A stretch of 64,000 nt of DNA from Prorocentrum cordatum (lineage: Eukaryota). Shown piece after piece: positions 50,963-62,755 of this stretch. Position 1 is the stretch's first letter, and every line of letters starts with the position of its first letter. The DNA is taken from contig CAUYUJ010000048.1 of the NCBI GenBank assembly GCA_963575745.1, positions 186,001 to 250,000 on the forward strand, written 5' to 3'. The notes under the pieces were generated by a model. It made no database searches. It saw only the letters and a list, made by a program, of their open reading frames with translations, and was not told the DNA's origin. The translations under genes were made by a program, and so were the position numbers.

Positions 50963-52899
50963 GGAAGACGACACCAAACAAACAACAGCGCAACAAGCAG
51001 AGGCCTCACCACGGATCCCCACTTCAGCCGCGCACCCGGGGCCAATGACTGACCGTTCGGCCCCCTCACTCCGATGAATCGTTGGTGCCGCCGTGCACGT
51101 TGGCTGACTGGCCCCCGTGGCCCGCCGCCGCTCTGCTCCCCGAGGCTGCACTCCGTGCGTCGGCGGCTCGAGCTCGAGGCTGGATGGGGGGGGGGCTGGG
51201 CATCGGCCGCCCGCGCGCCCGCGGCCAGTCTGCCCCTCCCGCTGCCACGGCCTGGCCGCCCGCCGCTCTGGAAATGCTCCCGCGGCGCGCGAGGCCCCTG
51301 CGCCTCGGAGCCGGACGGGTCGTGCACTGCGCGAAGCTCGTGGCTGCATCCCGCCCGTCGCGAGCCGGAGGGCCAGCGCAGGCCCGGTCCTCGAGAACAG
51401 AAGGGCCGCTGAGCCTGACGATGCGATGGAGACGTGGCCTCCCTGAGGGCCCCGTCCCTTGCACCAGGGACGTCCAGTTCTGGGCGGTGTGGTCTGGTGC
51501 ATCTGCAGGAAAGAGGAGCCCTCATCCCTAGCCCTAATCAGGTCCTCCTCCTTGGCCCTCCTAACTCAGGTCCCTAATCAGGAGCCCTCATCCCTAATCA
51601 GGTCCTCCTCCTTGGCCCTCCTCCTCCTTGGCCCTCATCCCTAAAAGGTGCATGTTCTTGGCCATCCTAGCTCAGGTCCCCCTCCCAAGATGTTAAGGTG
51701 TCCTGCTCTGGTTGACCACCAGGGGCTCGGCCGCCCGCGCACTCGCAGCCTGCCGCCCACGCCTCTCGCCGCGGCGGCTTCGCGGCCGAGGCAGGAGTGC
51801 GGCGCGCCGCCCCGCCGCCAACCTGGCGCTGACCTGCGCGCCGCCGCGCTGGACGTGCTGCGCCGCTGGCTCGGCGCCTCCGCTGCCTGACCTTCGGGGG
51901 CGGCAGCTTCTCCACGGCGCGCGGCTGCCTTCGAAGAAGGACAAGCAAGACACGAACGCAAACCTCTGGCGCTCCGAGCGGATTTCTTGCCTTGGCGCGG
52001 GGCCCCCGAGGCGGCGCCTCCGGCGCCGCCCTCGGCACGCTCCGCGCGCCGGGGAGGGGGGGTCCGGCGCGGAGCCAAGAGCTCCGCGCGGATCTCCAAG
52101 AGTTCGTGCTCGTGTGTTTTTGTTGTGCCCCTCTGTGCATCCCGTCCGTCGCCGGCACGAGCAGGGAGGTTGGAGCGCGGGGCGGGGCCGCGGCCGCCGT
52201 GCGCCTCCGCGGCCCGTCGGCCGCCTCCTCCGCCGCGGCCCTCGGCCGAGCGGTCGGCGCCGCGGGCGGCCCCGCCGAGCTGGGCGCGGTCTGGGTCGCC
52301 CTGCGCCCAGACCGCGCCCGCCGCGGCACCCCGGCGCGGCGTGCCGGGCGCGGGCGGAGGCCAGGCCTGATGGGCAAATCTACCACCACCACCACCAGAA
52401 GTCGGAGGGGGAGGGGGTCCTCCTCCTCCTCCTCCTCCTCCTCCTCCTCTTCGTCCTCCTCCACCTCGTCCTCCACCCCGCTTCCCCCCTCCAACTTATG
52501 GTGGTGGTGATGATGGAAAACAGGCCCATCAAGGCCAGGCCACCATGCCGTGCACTGGCTGGGCTTTCTCCCGCTCCTCTGCTTTGCCGATCCGTCGGGC
52601 AGGTCCCTCTACGGGAGGGGTCTCCAAGAGGGGTCAGCAACCATAGTGTGAGGACGATGTCTGCTTGCTGCCCCTCTTGACTATTTTTGATTGCTTTTTG
52701 ATCATCTCTGCTTCCAAGGTCCGCCTGCAGGAAGACATGCCGACATGCCCGACCGAAGCTTGCCATCCCTCAACGCCCCTCTGCCAGCTGCCCAGCGCCG
52801 CCTTGGACCGTCAACCCCCGTCGGCCCCCGCGTCGCTCTTGATGCCTGCCCTGCCCAACAAACAAAAGTCGCGCCGGTCGTCCGCATCTCGCTCGTCGG

Positions 52900-53970
52900 C
52901 TTTTTTTGATTGATACGTCGACCCCTTCCTGGCACTGGTGCGCCTCCGCCTCCGCGCGGGTGACCCTCCAGAAGACTGCTGGCCTGGTGCTTTGGTTTGC
53001 GCACTCTCCTCCTCGACCTGATCTGCCGCCCTTTCTCTTGCCCTCAGGCGCCATGACCTCCGCCGAGACCGACTGGCCTCTTGTTTCTTTGGCTTGCGCA
53101 CGCTCCTCCCTGACCTGATGTGCCTTCTTCCTCGAACGCCACGGCCTCGGCCAAGACCTGCCCGCGCTCGGTGCCGAGCGTGTCGTCGTCGCCGCGACCC
53201 TTGAGGATGCTGCCCATCTTGTCGACCGAGATGCCCAGCGCTGAGACCACCTCTGTCGCCTCCACCTGTGACGCTGAACCTGGTGTTTTGGGGACAGCTG
53301 CAGCTAACTTAGTTTGCTCCTCTGCGATCGCTGATAGTCAAGATGCCCTTCTCGGCGTCCGTCGACAATGAGAGACTTTTGGTCGAGGATCGGCGCCTGT
53401 GCCCCCTCTGGCTCTTCCTGAGCCATGGCCAACAACTCCGCATTCTTGACTTTTTTTGCTGCAGCCGATGCGACTGGTATGCCAGCGAACGTAGAGGCGC
53501 AGGCACTGGCTCTGGCGGCTCCAACACGTTGCGCAACTTCTTGCTTGCAGTCTCCAACGCCTCCCTCTCTGACACGAAGCAGGATTCCTTGAAGTCCTTG
53601 ATCGCACCTACATGTGAATTGATCTCCTCGAGCCGAGCCTTGATCTGCGCGCTGCTGGCGTGCGGTAGCAACTCGCCTGCATCCACGTCCATGCCTTTGC
53701 CACCTGCCACCGTCGTTACGTTTTACCTGTCCCGACTGCTGCTGGGTGAGCATGGGTTATTTCTCGAGCTTCGCCATTTTGCCCATCCGCCACGGGGCGG
53801 CCTTCATGCCGCCAGGAGCATTATTGGCCGCAACTGGCTGTGATTTGGCACGCAGGTCCAACTATGACGAAGCTTTAGAGCCATTCCATATGTCTGGCAG
53901 CGGACCTTGTCCGCCCGGTTCCGCCGGGCTGCTTCCGAGGTTGTGTGAACACAACAGTTGTATTACCAAG
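52900..53970 (-). pseudogene. ORF1-like region of element C
   Basis: Degenerate finger W*YNCC..NRADKVRCQTYG, then MDVDAGE..IKARLEEINSHVGAIKDFKE..EREALETASKKLR (coiled-coil-like). Confidence 0.55.
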
Positions 53971-54343
53971 AGAGTGTTTTTGTTACCCTCTGGGCCATAA
54001 CGTGCTCCCCCTCATCAGTGCGCCCCCAGTGCTGCTGCAGTGCATCTGGCACCACAAATTGGGGGTGGCGGCGCTACGTTAGTTATCTCCCTCCCCCCCG
54101 TAACGCCCGCTATGGCCGCGAATGTTAAAATGCGCTCCACTTGACCGCCGCCACTCTACGCCTCTGGGCGTGCCGACTGAGCCTGTTGTTCGCATCCCCT
54201 GCCACCCTGAGCTTGGAGTTGACTTGGGAAGAAACGCGAGGCTCGCCCTCACCAGCGCGCGTCTCGATTGAGGTGGCCTTGGAATTTACCTACACTTGCC
54301 GCGGACTGGCGGTGTCCACTTGGCTCGCACGGGGAACATCGGT

Positions 54344-54365
54344 CTTGAGCCACAATGGCTATGGA
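54344..54365 (-). other. Relict DinoSL (20/22) at the 5' end of element C
   Basis: Plus strand CTTGAGCCACAATGGCTATGGA reads TCCATAGCCATTGTGGCTCAAG on minus. Upstream on that strand lies a C/T-rich tract (54366-54495). Confidence 0.88.
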
Positions 54366-54849
54366 CGAGGGGGAGAGACAGGAGGGAGAGGTGGGGCAGG
54401 AGAAGGGGGAGGGGGGGGATCTAGGCCTCCCAGGAGGGGGAGGAGGACAGGGAGGAGGATAGAGGAGGAGGAGGGGGAGGAGGAGGGGGAGGAGGACCAG
54501 TGTGAACCCAAGAGCCATCAACGGTGTTGGAATAAACCCTCCCACAAAGCTCCCTCTTCATAGGCCCAGAACAGTTCATGCCCACTGAGGGAATTGCCTC
54601 GTTGGAAGACAACCGTTTGAAGATCCGGAAGCATGCCAAAACATTGTTCTCGGGATTCCCACGCCACGAATCAACCTGACTGGTGCGTCTTGACAATCTT
54701 CAAGCGCGCCAAAAAGCCATTCTTGGGATTTCAACACCGGGAGTGAACGTAACTGTTGCACCCTCATAATCCTGAACCCTTCCAAAAGACCATGTCTGGT
54801 ACGCTGACCATGGGAATCCTTGAAGCCCTTCCGAATTCAAACAGCGAGT

Positions 54850-55040
54850 GTGCGCGACGCTAAGGCGAGAGCCACATGTTGAAAAGGAACCGCCCTCAAT
54901 CCGTCAAACTCTTGCAAGTTTCGAAGACGAATGCACGCGGCGCTAAGGCGAGAGCCACATGGTGGAAACGATTCGCCCTCAATCCGTGAAACTCTTGCAA
55001 ATGTCGAAAACGAATGTGCGCGGCGCTAAGGCGAGAGCTG
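54850..55040. repeat. ~84-bp tandem repeat (about 2.3 copies)
   Basis: cgcg(a/g)cgctaaggcgagagc at about 54853, 54936 and 55019. Confidence 0.8.
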
Positions 55041-55456
55041 CATTTTGAAAACGTCCCGCCCTCCAGCGGTGAAGCTTTTGTCACTGTTCAAGCTTCAGGG
55101 TCCTTAGTGGTGAGGACGTCTCAAGCCAAACGCCGGGGCCGCCCTAAGAACTATTCTCGGGGCGCGACAGGAAGAAGGTTTGTTTCTAGGGGAAGACACT
55201 GAGGAAGTGGAGGAGGAGGAGGAGAAGGAGGAGGAGGAGGAGGAGGAAGAGGGAGGGGAGGGGAGGAGGAGGAGGAGGAGGAGAAGGAGGAGGAGGAGGA
55301 GGAGGAGGAGGAGAGAGGAGGAGGAGGAGGAGGAGGAGGAGGAGGAGGATCAGGAGCAAGAGGAGGAGGGGGGGATGGAGGAGGAGGAGGGAGGAGGGAG
55401 GAGGGAGGAGGGAGGAGGAGGAGGAGGAGGAGGAGGAGGAGGAGGAGGAGGAGTAT

Positions 55457-55649
55457 CTAGGCCTCCCAGATGGCGTCCGACTAGATGGGGTCGGAGGATC
55501 GCGCCGCATTGCTGATGCATCGCCGAGGCGGGTCGACGTGGCAACCGAGTTTCTCCGCGCCGACGTTGCCGATGCATCGCCGATGCATTGACGATGCGGC
55601 GCGACTCGTTGGCCCCATCTAGTCCGAGCCTATCTGGGAGGTCTGCTAG
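55457..55649. mobile_element. Palindromic MITE-like element inside a (GGA)n tract
   Basis: ctaggcctcccagat..gactagatgggg pairs with ccccatctagtc..atctgggaggtctgctag. Confidence 0.75.
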
Positions 55650-58483
55650 TGGAGGAGGACGAGGAGGAGGAGGAGGAGGAGGAGGAGGAGGAGGAGGAGG
55701 AAAGGGGGGGAGACTGGAGAGAGGAGGGAGGAGGGAGGAGGAGGGGGGGAGGAGGAGGGGGGGCAGCCGATGGGGGATGGGGCCTCTCTTCGCGGTTCTC
55801 TTTTTTGAGAGGGGGGAGGGGGCTGTTGCATCGATGATTCGATTGCTGAGGTTCTCCGTTCGAAACAAATTGTGTTTTTTTGTATGCATTGTTTTGCCGA
55901 TCGGCGTCGGCCCTCGCACCCACTCTCCCCCCTCCATGGAGTAGATCTTGCCCGTTTTGGGCGCCTGTTTCGAGCAGGTGGGGTCCCTCCTCCATCGGCC
56001 GCACTGCTGCAAACAGTCGCACTGAGCAGAGGTCCGGAGCCAGACCCCCCCCCCTCCCCCCCTTCCGCCCAATGTCGAAACGCCGAGTAAAAAGAAACGC
56101 TCACGTGCCAAGAGCGAGCACCCCAAGTGGGTCTTCGCCGCTCGCTCATTTCCCAACGAAGGTCGGAGTGCGTGCGTCCTTCCGCGCCCTGGCCCGTCAG
56201 AGTCGGGGCTCCCCTCCGTGGCATGCCGAGGAGGAGCAGCAGGAGGAGGACGCAGCAGGAGGACCGGGGGTATAAGAGGAGGCCCGGGGCTCCGAGGGAG
56301 GCGGAGTGCGGAGGCGCCTCGCCTCCGCCTCCCTCGGGGGCACTGCCGGGGGGGGCGGCCGGCTCGAGGATCTGGCTTTGGGGCTCTCGTGGGCTCCCTC
56401 CGTGCTGGTCGGAGGTGGGCATCCCTTCTGCCCCGACGCGTCGATGAAGGAATTGGCCGTTGTCGGTTCTCGAGAGGGCGTCGCGGCCGTCATCTTTGCG
56501 GGTCCAGGTCCGTCTATTTCGGCCCTGGGCCGTTTTCACTAAGGGGAGGTTCAGAGGTTTGTCCACCGCCGTGCTGGGGAGTGTGGGGGGGGCGGCTTCT
56601 GGCTGCATCGAGGGCCCTGGGCGGCAGGCCTGCGCCACGTCGACGTGGCGGCGGTCCCTGGCGCGGGCATTCCAGCGTGGAGCGCCACCAGTGGCCCAGC
56701 ATCGGGCGACGTCGAACGATCCGCACGGATTCGGAAGCCGCGGCACCTTCGCGCATGCTTGCGGTCGCTCCAGGTGTGGCGATGCATGCACGCGGTGCGG
56801 TGTACAACCAGCGCGCAAGCTGCCCCGACACGACACCGTCGCACTCGGGCGGGGTCAGGACGAGGGTAAAGTTCGTTCCAGAGCGTTCCGGACCGCTCTC
56901 AGAGCGTTCCGGAGCGCTCCAAGACGGCCGCGGCGCCCGAGAGATCACATCTTCCAGTTCCGCCGGATCTTATAGATTCTCGAGTTGCACTCCCACGATG
57001 CCGTCCTCTTCCTGGTCTCGTCTCTATGGGAACGGAACACGACACAGACATAAGAACTCGGAGGTCCGCACGGATTCCTCGGATCGGCGCTGGAGCTCCC
57101 TCCCTGCACGCGGAGCGCGCCAGGGGCGGCGCTGGAGGCGCAGCCCGGGCGGTCCAGCGCCGATCCGAGAGATCCGCGCAGACCTCCGAGTTGTTATGTT
57201 TATGTCACTGTGAAGTCTTAGTTTTCTATTTTTTTTTAGTATTTGTTGTTTTATTCCTATTTTTTCAAAAAACTGTGAAGTCTTAGTTTTAGTTACTGTT
57301 CATGCTACTTGTCACTTTTTCTCTCACTCTTTGTGCCACTGCTTAGGTTCTTAGTTTCAGGGAGCCTTGCGCTGCCGCCCGCGAGGGCGTGCCCCGGAGG
57401 GCGAGGCCCCGGAGAGGGGCCTCGCCCGGGCTCTATGGGGGCCTCTGCGCGGGTGCGGGGGCCCAGCTGGAAGGGGCCTCTCCTTTCCTGGCTCCGGGGG
57501 GGGGGATGCCCAGCGGCTTCCGTGGCACGGAGGGCCTGGCTCCAGGGGAGCGTCAGCTCGAGTCGGGCGTGTCCCCCTGCAGGAGGAGTCTCCAAGTACC
57601 GGGGGCGACGTTTTGGTTTGTCGTTTTGGTTTGTCTGCATGTGTCCCATGATTCTTTGGCGTTTTTGGAGTCCGTTCTAGTTCTCTTCCGGAGTCCGCCT
57701 GTAGGAGGGAGGAGGGAGGAGGGGGAGGAGGGAGGAGGGGGGAGGGAGGAGGGAGGAGGAGGAGGAGGAGGAGGAGGAGGAGGAGGAGGAGGAGAGGAGG
57801 AGGAGAGGAGGAGGAGGAGGAGGGAGGAGGAGGAGGAGGAGGAGGAGGGGAGGAGGAGGAGGAGGAGGAGGAGGAGAGGGAGGAGGAGGCGGAGGGGGAG
57901 GAGGGGGAGGAGGGGGGAGGAGGAGGAGGAGGAGGAGAGGGGGGAGGAGGCGGAGGGGGAGGAGGAGGAGGAGGAGGAGGAGGAGGAGGAGGAGGAGGAG
58001 GAGGAGGAGGAGGAGGAGGAGGAGGAGGAGGAGGAGGGGAGGAGGAGAGGGAGGAGGAGAGGGAGGAGGAGGAGGGGAACGTGAGCACGAAGGATGGCAG
58101 CACGGCTTCGCGGCGCGGCCCGCTCCCGTGCAGACTCGGCGCGCTCCGTTGCCGCATCGCTCGCCACCGGCACGCCGCACTTCGGGCGGCACCCTCTCCG
58201 AGGGCCGAGGGCCCGGCGCCCAGCAGTTGGAGGAGGTGGTTGGCGGCCGCGGCGTCTAGATCGCCAGGTCCAGATGGCTCGGCCTCGGCCAAGGCACATC
58301 TGGGCCGCCCAGGGAGCTCGGCGTCGGCCAAGGCGCACCGGGGCGCACGCGCCGCACGCGGCTCGTCGATGGAGGCGCCCACTCCACAGGTCCCCGGGAT
58401 CCCTGCGCCGTCTTTGTCGGGCGCCGGATGTCTGCGGTGCGTGCGCAGATGCAGCTGCCTCGCCCTCGTGGGGTGGCGGGGTT

Positions 58484-58688
58484 TGAGGACAGCACAACCC
58501 ACCCCCACCCCCACCCAGGGCACTCACCTCCGACCTGGTGGGCCAGGGTGCCCTGGGTGGGGGTGGGGGTGGGTTGTAAGAGCCGCGGGGCCCAAAAACA
58601 CACCCCCACCCCCACCCAGGGCACCCTGGATCACCAGGTCGGAGGTGGGTGCCCTGGGTGGGGGTGGGGGTGGGTTGTGCTGTCCTCA
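58484..58688. mobile_element. 205-bp nested-palindrome MITE with 5-bp TSD GGGTT
   Basis: gggtt|tgaggacagcacaacccacccccacccccacccagggcac...gtgccctgggtgggggtgggggtgggttgtgctgtcctca|gggtt. Confidence 0.92.
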
Positions 58689-59917
58689 GGGTTGGCATCT
58701 CTTCCTCGGCGGAGGGCGGCGGAAGTGCAGCGGGGGCCGGCCGTGCCAGCGGCAGCCCGCGGACGCTCGGCGGAGGGCGGCGGACGCAGGGGCGAGACGT
58801 CGGCAGTCCTGGATCCAGGGGGGTCGGAGTCGGCCAGGTGGAGCGGGGTGCGCTCTGAGACGCTGGATCGCTGTTGCCCCATCGCCCACGGAGGAGAAAC
58901 TCTGCAGTCAACAGGTGGGACCGTCTGGGTGGTTGGATGGAGGGAGGAGGGAAGGAGCAGGGGGAGAGGGGGGGAAGCAGGAGGAGGCCACTGCCAGCAG
59001 GGTGCAGGAAGGGACGGGTGCGTATTTGTCCCATTCCGCCTCTTGTTGGGTTCTGGAGGCGCCACTATGGCTGATCAAATGAACGGCTTGGGATGCAGGT
59101 CCCAGGGATGGATGGGGTCTGGAAGTCGTGGGGGGTCCATCTGACGAGAAAGTAGTGACTTCGAGGTGTATGAGTAAAATGGCAGCCAGGGGGACGCTGC
59201 ACGTGCAATGCTTCCCACCCGCTTGATGGCATGAGGCTTCTCGAGGTGCACCTGGGGCACACGGCGCATGTCAGCACGCGACTTGGTGTGGTTCGAGCGT
59301 GAAAATGCTCAAGTAAAGCACCATGCCATGAAGACGTGTGCCGTTTGTTCTTACGTTGTTTCGTCAGTTGTGAGGCTTGGCTCGTGCCGTCGTATTCGAA
59401 AGCCCTTTGGTTTAGGGGGCGGAGAACGGTCTAAAGTCAACTATTCCGCCGTCGGGGACGCCTGCCCGTAAGGATATAAACTTTCCAGCCGCCCGGGGGG
59501 CAGGCGTCCCCGAACAGTTTAATTCATACCGCACGTCGCCCGCTAATTTGTATCTGTCATCGGAGTTGCGACTTCGTGATTGTCATGGAATATTGTTCAG
59601 TGTTACATCTGAAGGGCTTTGCCCTCTGGCCGCCCGACCCCCCACCCTCAGATTGCTTGCGCGGTGCTTGCGCGGCCACGCTCGATCGGTGGGTCGGCTG
59701 GTGCTCTCGTCGGTTGGCTGGCCGCCATATTGCCTGATCGGATGTCTACTTGATTTAAATATTGGCAGTTGATTCGGGCTGTTTGCTGGCTTGCTGATTG
59801 CGCGCGCCTGTAGTACACTCATATATTCTGTTCAGAAATTTCCTTCCCTTGAGCCGGGTATAATATGTTCTCAGATTGCGATGCCCGGTTCAAGAAAGCT
59901 AGCCAAGTTTCTTAGCA

Positions 59918-62755
59918 TTGGCGGTTGTGCTGGTGGTCGCACTGGTGGTTACGTTGGTGGTCGTGCTGGTAGTTTTCCTAAAAATGGCTGGTCGTTGTGT
60001 TCGTGGTAATGTTGGTGGTTGCGCTTGTGGTTGTCCTAGTGGTCGTGCAGGCGGTTGTGCTGGTGGTTTTCTTGGTGGTCGTGCTGGAGGGTTATGCTGG
60101 TCGTGGTTGCATTGGTGGTTGTGCTGGTGGTTATATTGGCGATTGTCCTGGTGGTTGTGCTTGTCATGGTGTCGGCGGTTGTGCTGGTGGTTGCGTTGGT
60201 GGTTGTGCTGGTGGTCGTGCTGGTGGTTGCGCTGGTGGTGGTTGTGCTGGTGGTGGTTGCGCTGGTGGTCGTTCTGGCGGTTCTGGTGGTGATTGTACTG
60301 TTGGTTGCTCTGGTGATTGTTCTGGTGGTTGTGCAGGTGGTTGTTTGGTGGTTGTGCTGGTGGTGGTCGCGCTGGTGATTGTGGTGGTGGTTGGGCTGGT
60401 GATTGTGCTGGTTGGTGTGATTATAGTTGCGCTACTGATCATGCTGGTAAATGCTGGTGGACGTGCTAGTGTCTGTGCTGGTGGTGGTATGGGTAGGTGT
60501 TTTGCTGGTGGTTATGGTGGCGCTTGCGCTGGTGGTCGTGTTGGTGGTGGCGATTATGGTTGTTCTGGTGGTTGTGCTGGCGGTTGGGCTGGTGGTTGCG
60601 TCGGTGGTTGTGCTCGCTGTGGTTGTGTTGGTGGTCGTGCCGGTGGTTACGCGGTTGGACGTGTTGGGTGTCGTGTTCTTCCAGCACAACCGCCAGCACG
60701 ATAATCACCAGCACAACCACCAGTACACCCACCACCAACACAACCGTCAGCACGACCAGCAGCGCAGCCACCAGCACAGACACCACCACAACTACCAGGG
60801 CAACAGCCAGCGCAACGACAACAATACCACCAGCACAACCACTACCAGCAAGACCACCAGCAGCACAACTACCACCAGCACAACCACAACCAGCACAGCC
60901 TTCAGCACGACCACCAGCGCAACCCCCTATCACGATCACCAGCACAACTGTCAGCACGACGGCCAGCACAACAACATGCACAACCGCCAGCAAAACCACC
61001 GCCATCACAACCCCAACCATATTTGACATCATAACCAACACCACAACCACCACCTGCTCAACCTCAATCAGCACAACCATCAACAGCACAACCACGATCA
61101 TCCCTACCACCACAAGCACGACAACCACCTGCGCAATCACTACCAGCACGGTCCCCACCAGCACAACCACAACCAGCACAACCAGCACAACCAGCACAAC
61201 AGCCAGCGCAACCACCATTACAATCACTGGTACAACCGCCAGCACAACAACCAACACCACAACCACCAGCACAACCACCAGTGCCACCAGCACAACCACT
61301 AGCACTACCACCAGCACTACCAACAGCACAACCAACACCACACCCACCGACATAGCCACTACCACCAGAAACACCGCCAGCACAACCAACTGCACAACTA
61401 CCAGCACAACCACCATGGCGACCAGCAGCGCAGCCACCAGCACAGCTACCACCGCAACCGCCAGCGCAACAGCCAGCGCACCCATAAAGAACACCGCCAG
61501 CTCAATCACCACCAGCACGAGCACCAGCAGCACAACTACCACCAGCACAACCACCACCAGCACAGCCTTCAGCACGACCACCAGCGCAACCCCAGCACGA
61601 CTATCAGCACAACCGCCAGCACAACAAAATGCACAACCGCCAGCAAAACCACCGCCATCACAACCACAACCATATTTGACATCAGAACCAACAGCACAAC
61701 CACCACCTGCTCAACCTCAACGAGCACAACCACGATTATCCCAACCACAAGCACGACAACCACCTGCACAATCCTTACCAGCACGATTCCCACCAGCACA
61801 ACCACCACCAGCATTACCACCAACACCAAAACCACTACCAGCACAGCAACCTGCACGGCCACCAGCGCCACCGCCAGAACAACCAGCTGCCAGCACAACC
61901 GCCAGCGCAATCGCCAGCAAAACCACCTGCACAACCACCAACGCGGCCGCCACAACCTCCACCAGGACAAACCAACCAGCACAACCACCAGCACAACGAC
62001 AAGCACAACCATCACACCAGCCACCAGCTCGACCACCACCGACACAACCAACAGCACGACCCCCAGCACAACAACCGCCAGCACAACCGCCAGCACAAGC
62101 ACGAGCAGAATCACCAGGACAACCACCAGGGCAACCACCAGCATAGCCACAACCAGAACAACCATCAGCGCAACCGCCAGCACAACCACCAGTACAAAAC
62201 CACCAGCACAAGCACCAGCACAACCACAGGCACACAACAACCAGCACAACCACCGCCAGCACAACCTCCAACAGCACACCCACGAGCACAATCACCAGCA
62301 CAACCAACAGCACAAGTACCAGCAAAACTACCACCAGCACAGCCACCAGCACAACTACCACCAGCACAACCGCTAGCACAACGACCAGCACAACCGCCAC
62401 CAGCACAACCATCAGCAGCGCAATCACCAGCAAAAGCACCAAAAGCACAGCCACCAGCACAACCACCAGCACAACCACCAGCACAAGCACTACCAGCACA
62501 ACCACCACGAGCACAACCATGACCAGCACCACCGCCAGCGCAGCCACCACCAGCACGACCAACACAACAATCACCACACCAACCAGCATTATCACCAGCA
62601 CAACCACCACCAGCACAACCATCACCAGCACCACCATCAGCACAACAACCAGCACCACCACCAACACAACAAACACCACAACCACCAAAACCACCACCAG
62701 CACTACCACCAGCGCAACCACGTCGGGCACAACCACACGCACAACCACCAGCTTC
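59918..62755. repeat. Large degenerate 12-mer satellite with polarity switch: (GGTTGTGCTGGT)n then (ACCAGCACAACC)n
   Basis: Switch at about 60678. The right arm has an internal ~650-670-bp duplication (catatttgacatca at about 61018 and 61671). Confidence 0.92.

Larger units (their letters stand above)
44280..54365 (-). mobile_element. Heavily decayed SL-headed non-LTR retrotransposon (element C), interrupted by nested insertions
   Basis: Minus strand, in order: SL; ORF1-like region; APE (AVFAIQAYH..QGVWAPA..GTQSGLAVLA, VLVSVYLFVNEG, AGGFGM); RT (LTKPSGRSR..WGR..DIWG..TVFVD, CVDD); thumb/linker (WRTGLLPA, IDRGTQVDLL, GGQWP); degenerate RNase H (FLWPRV, RVSARH). Confidence 0.8.

Noticed and set aside
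60497..62146. Mucin-like Thr/Pro/Gln-rich protein
   Set aside because: It derives from the 12-mer satellite and crosses its inversion point.
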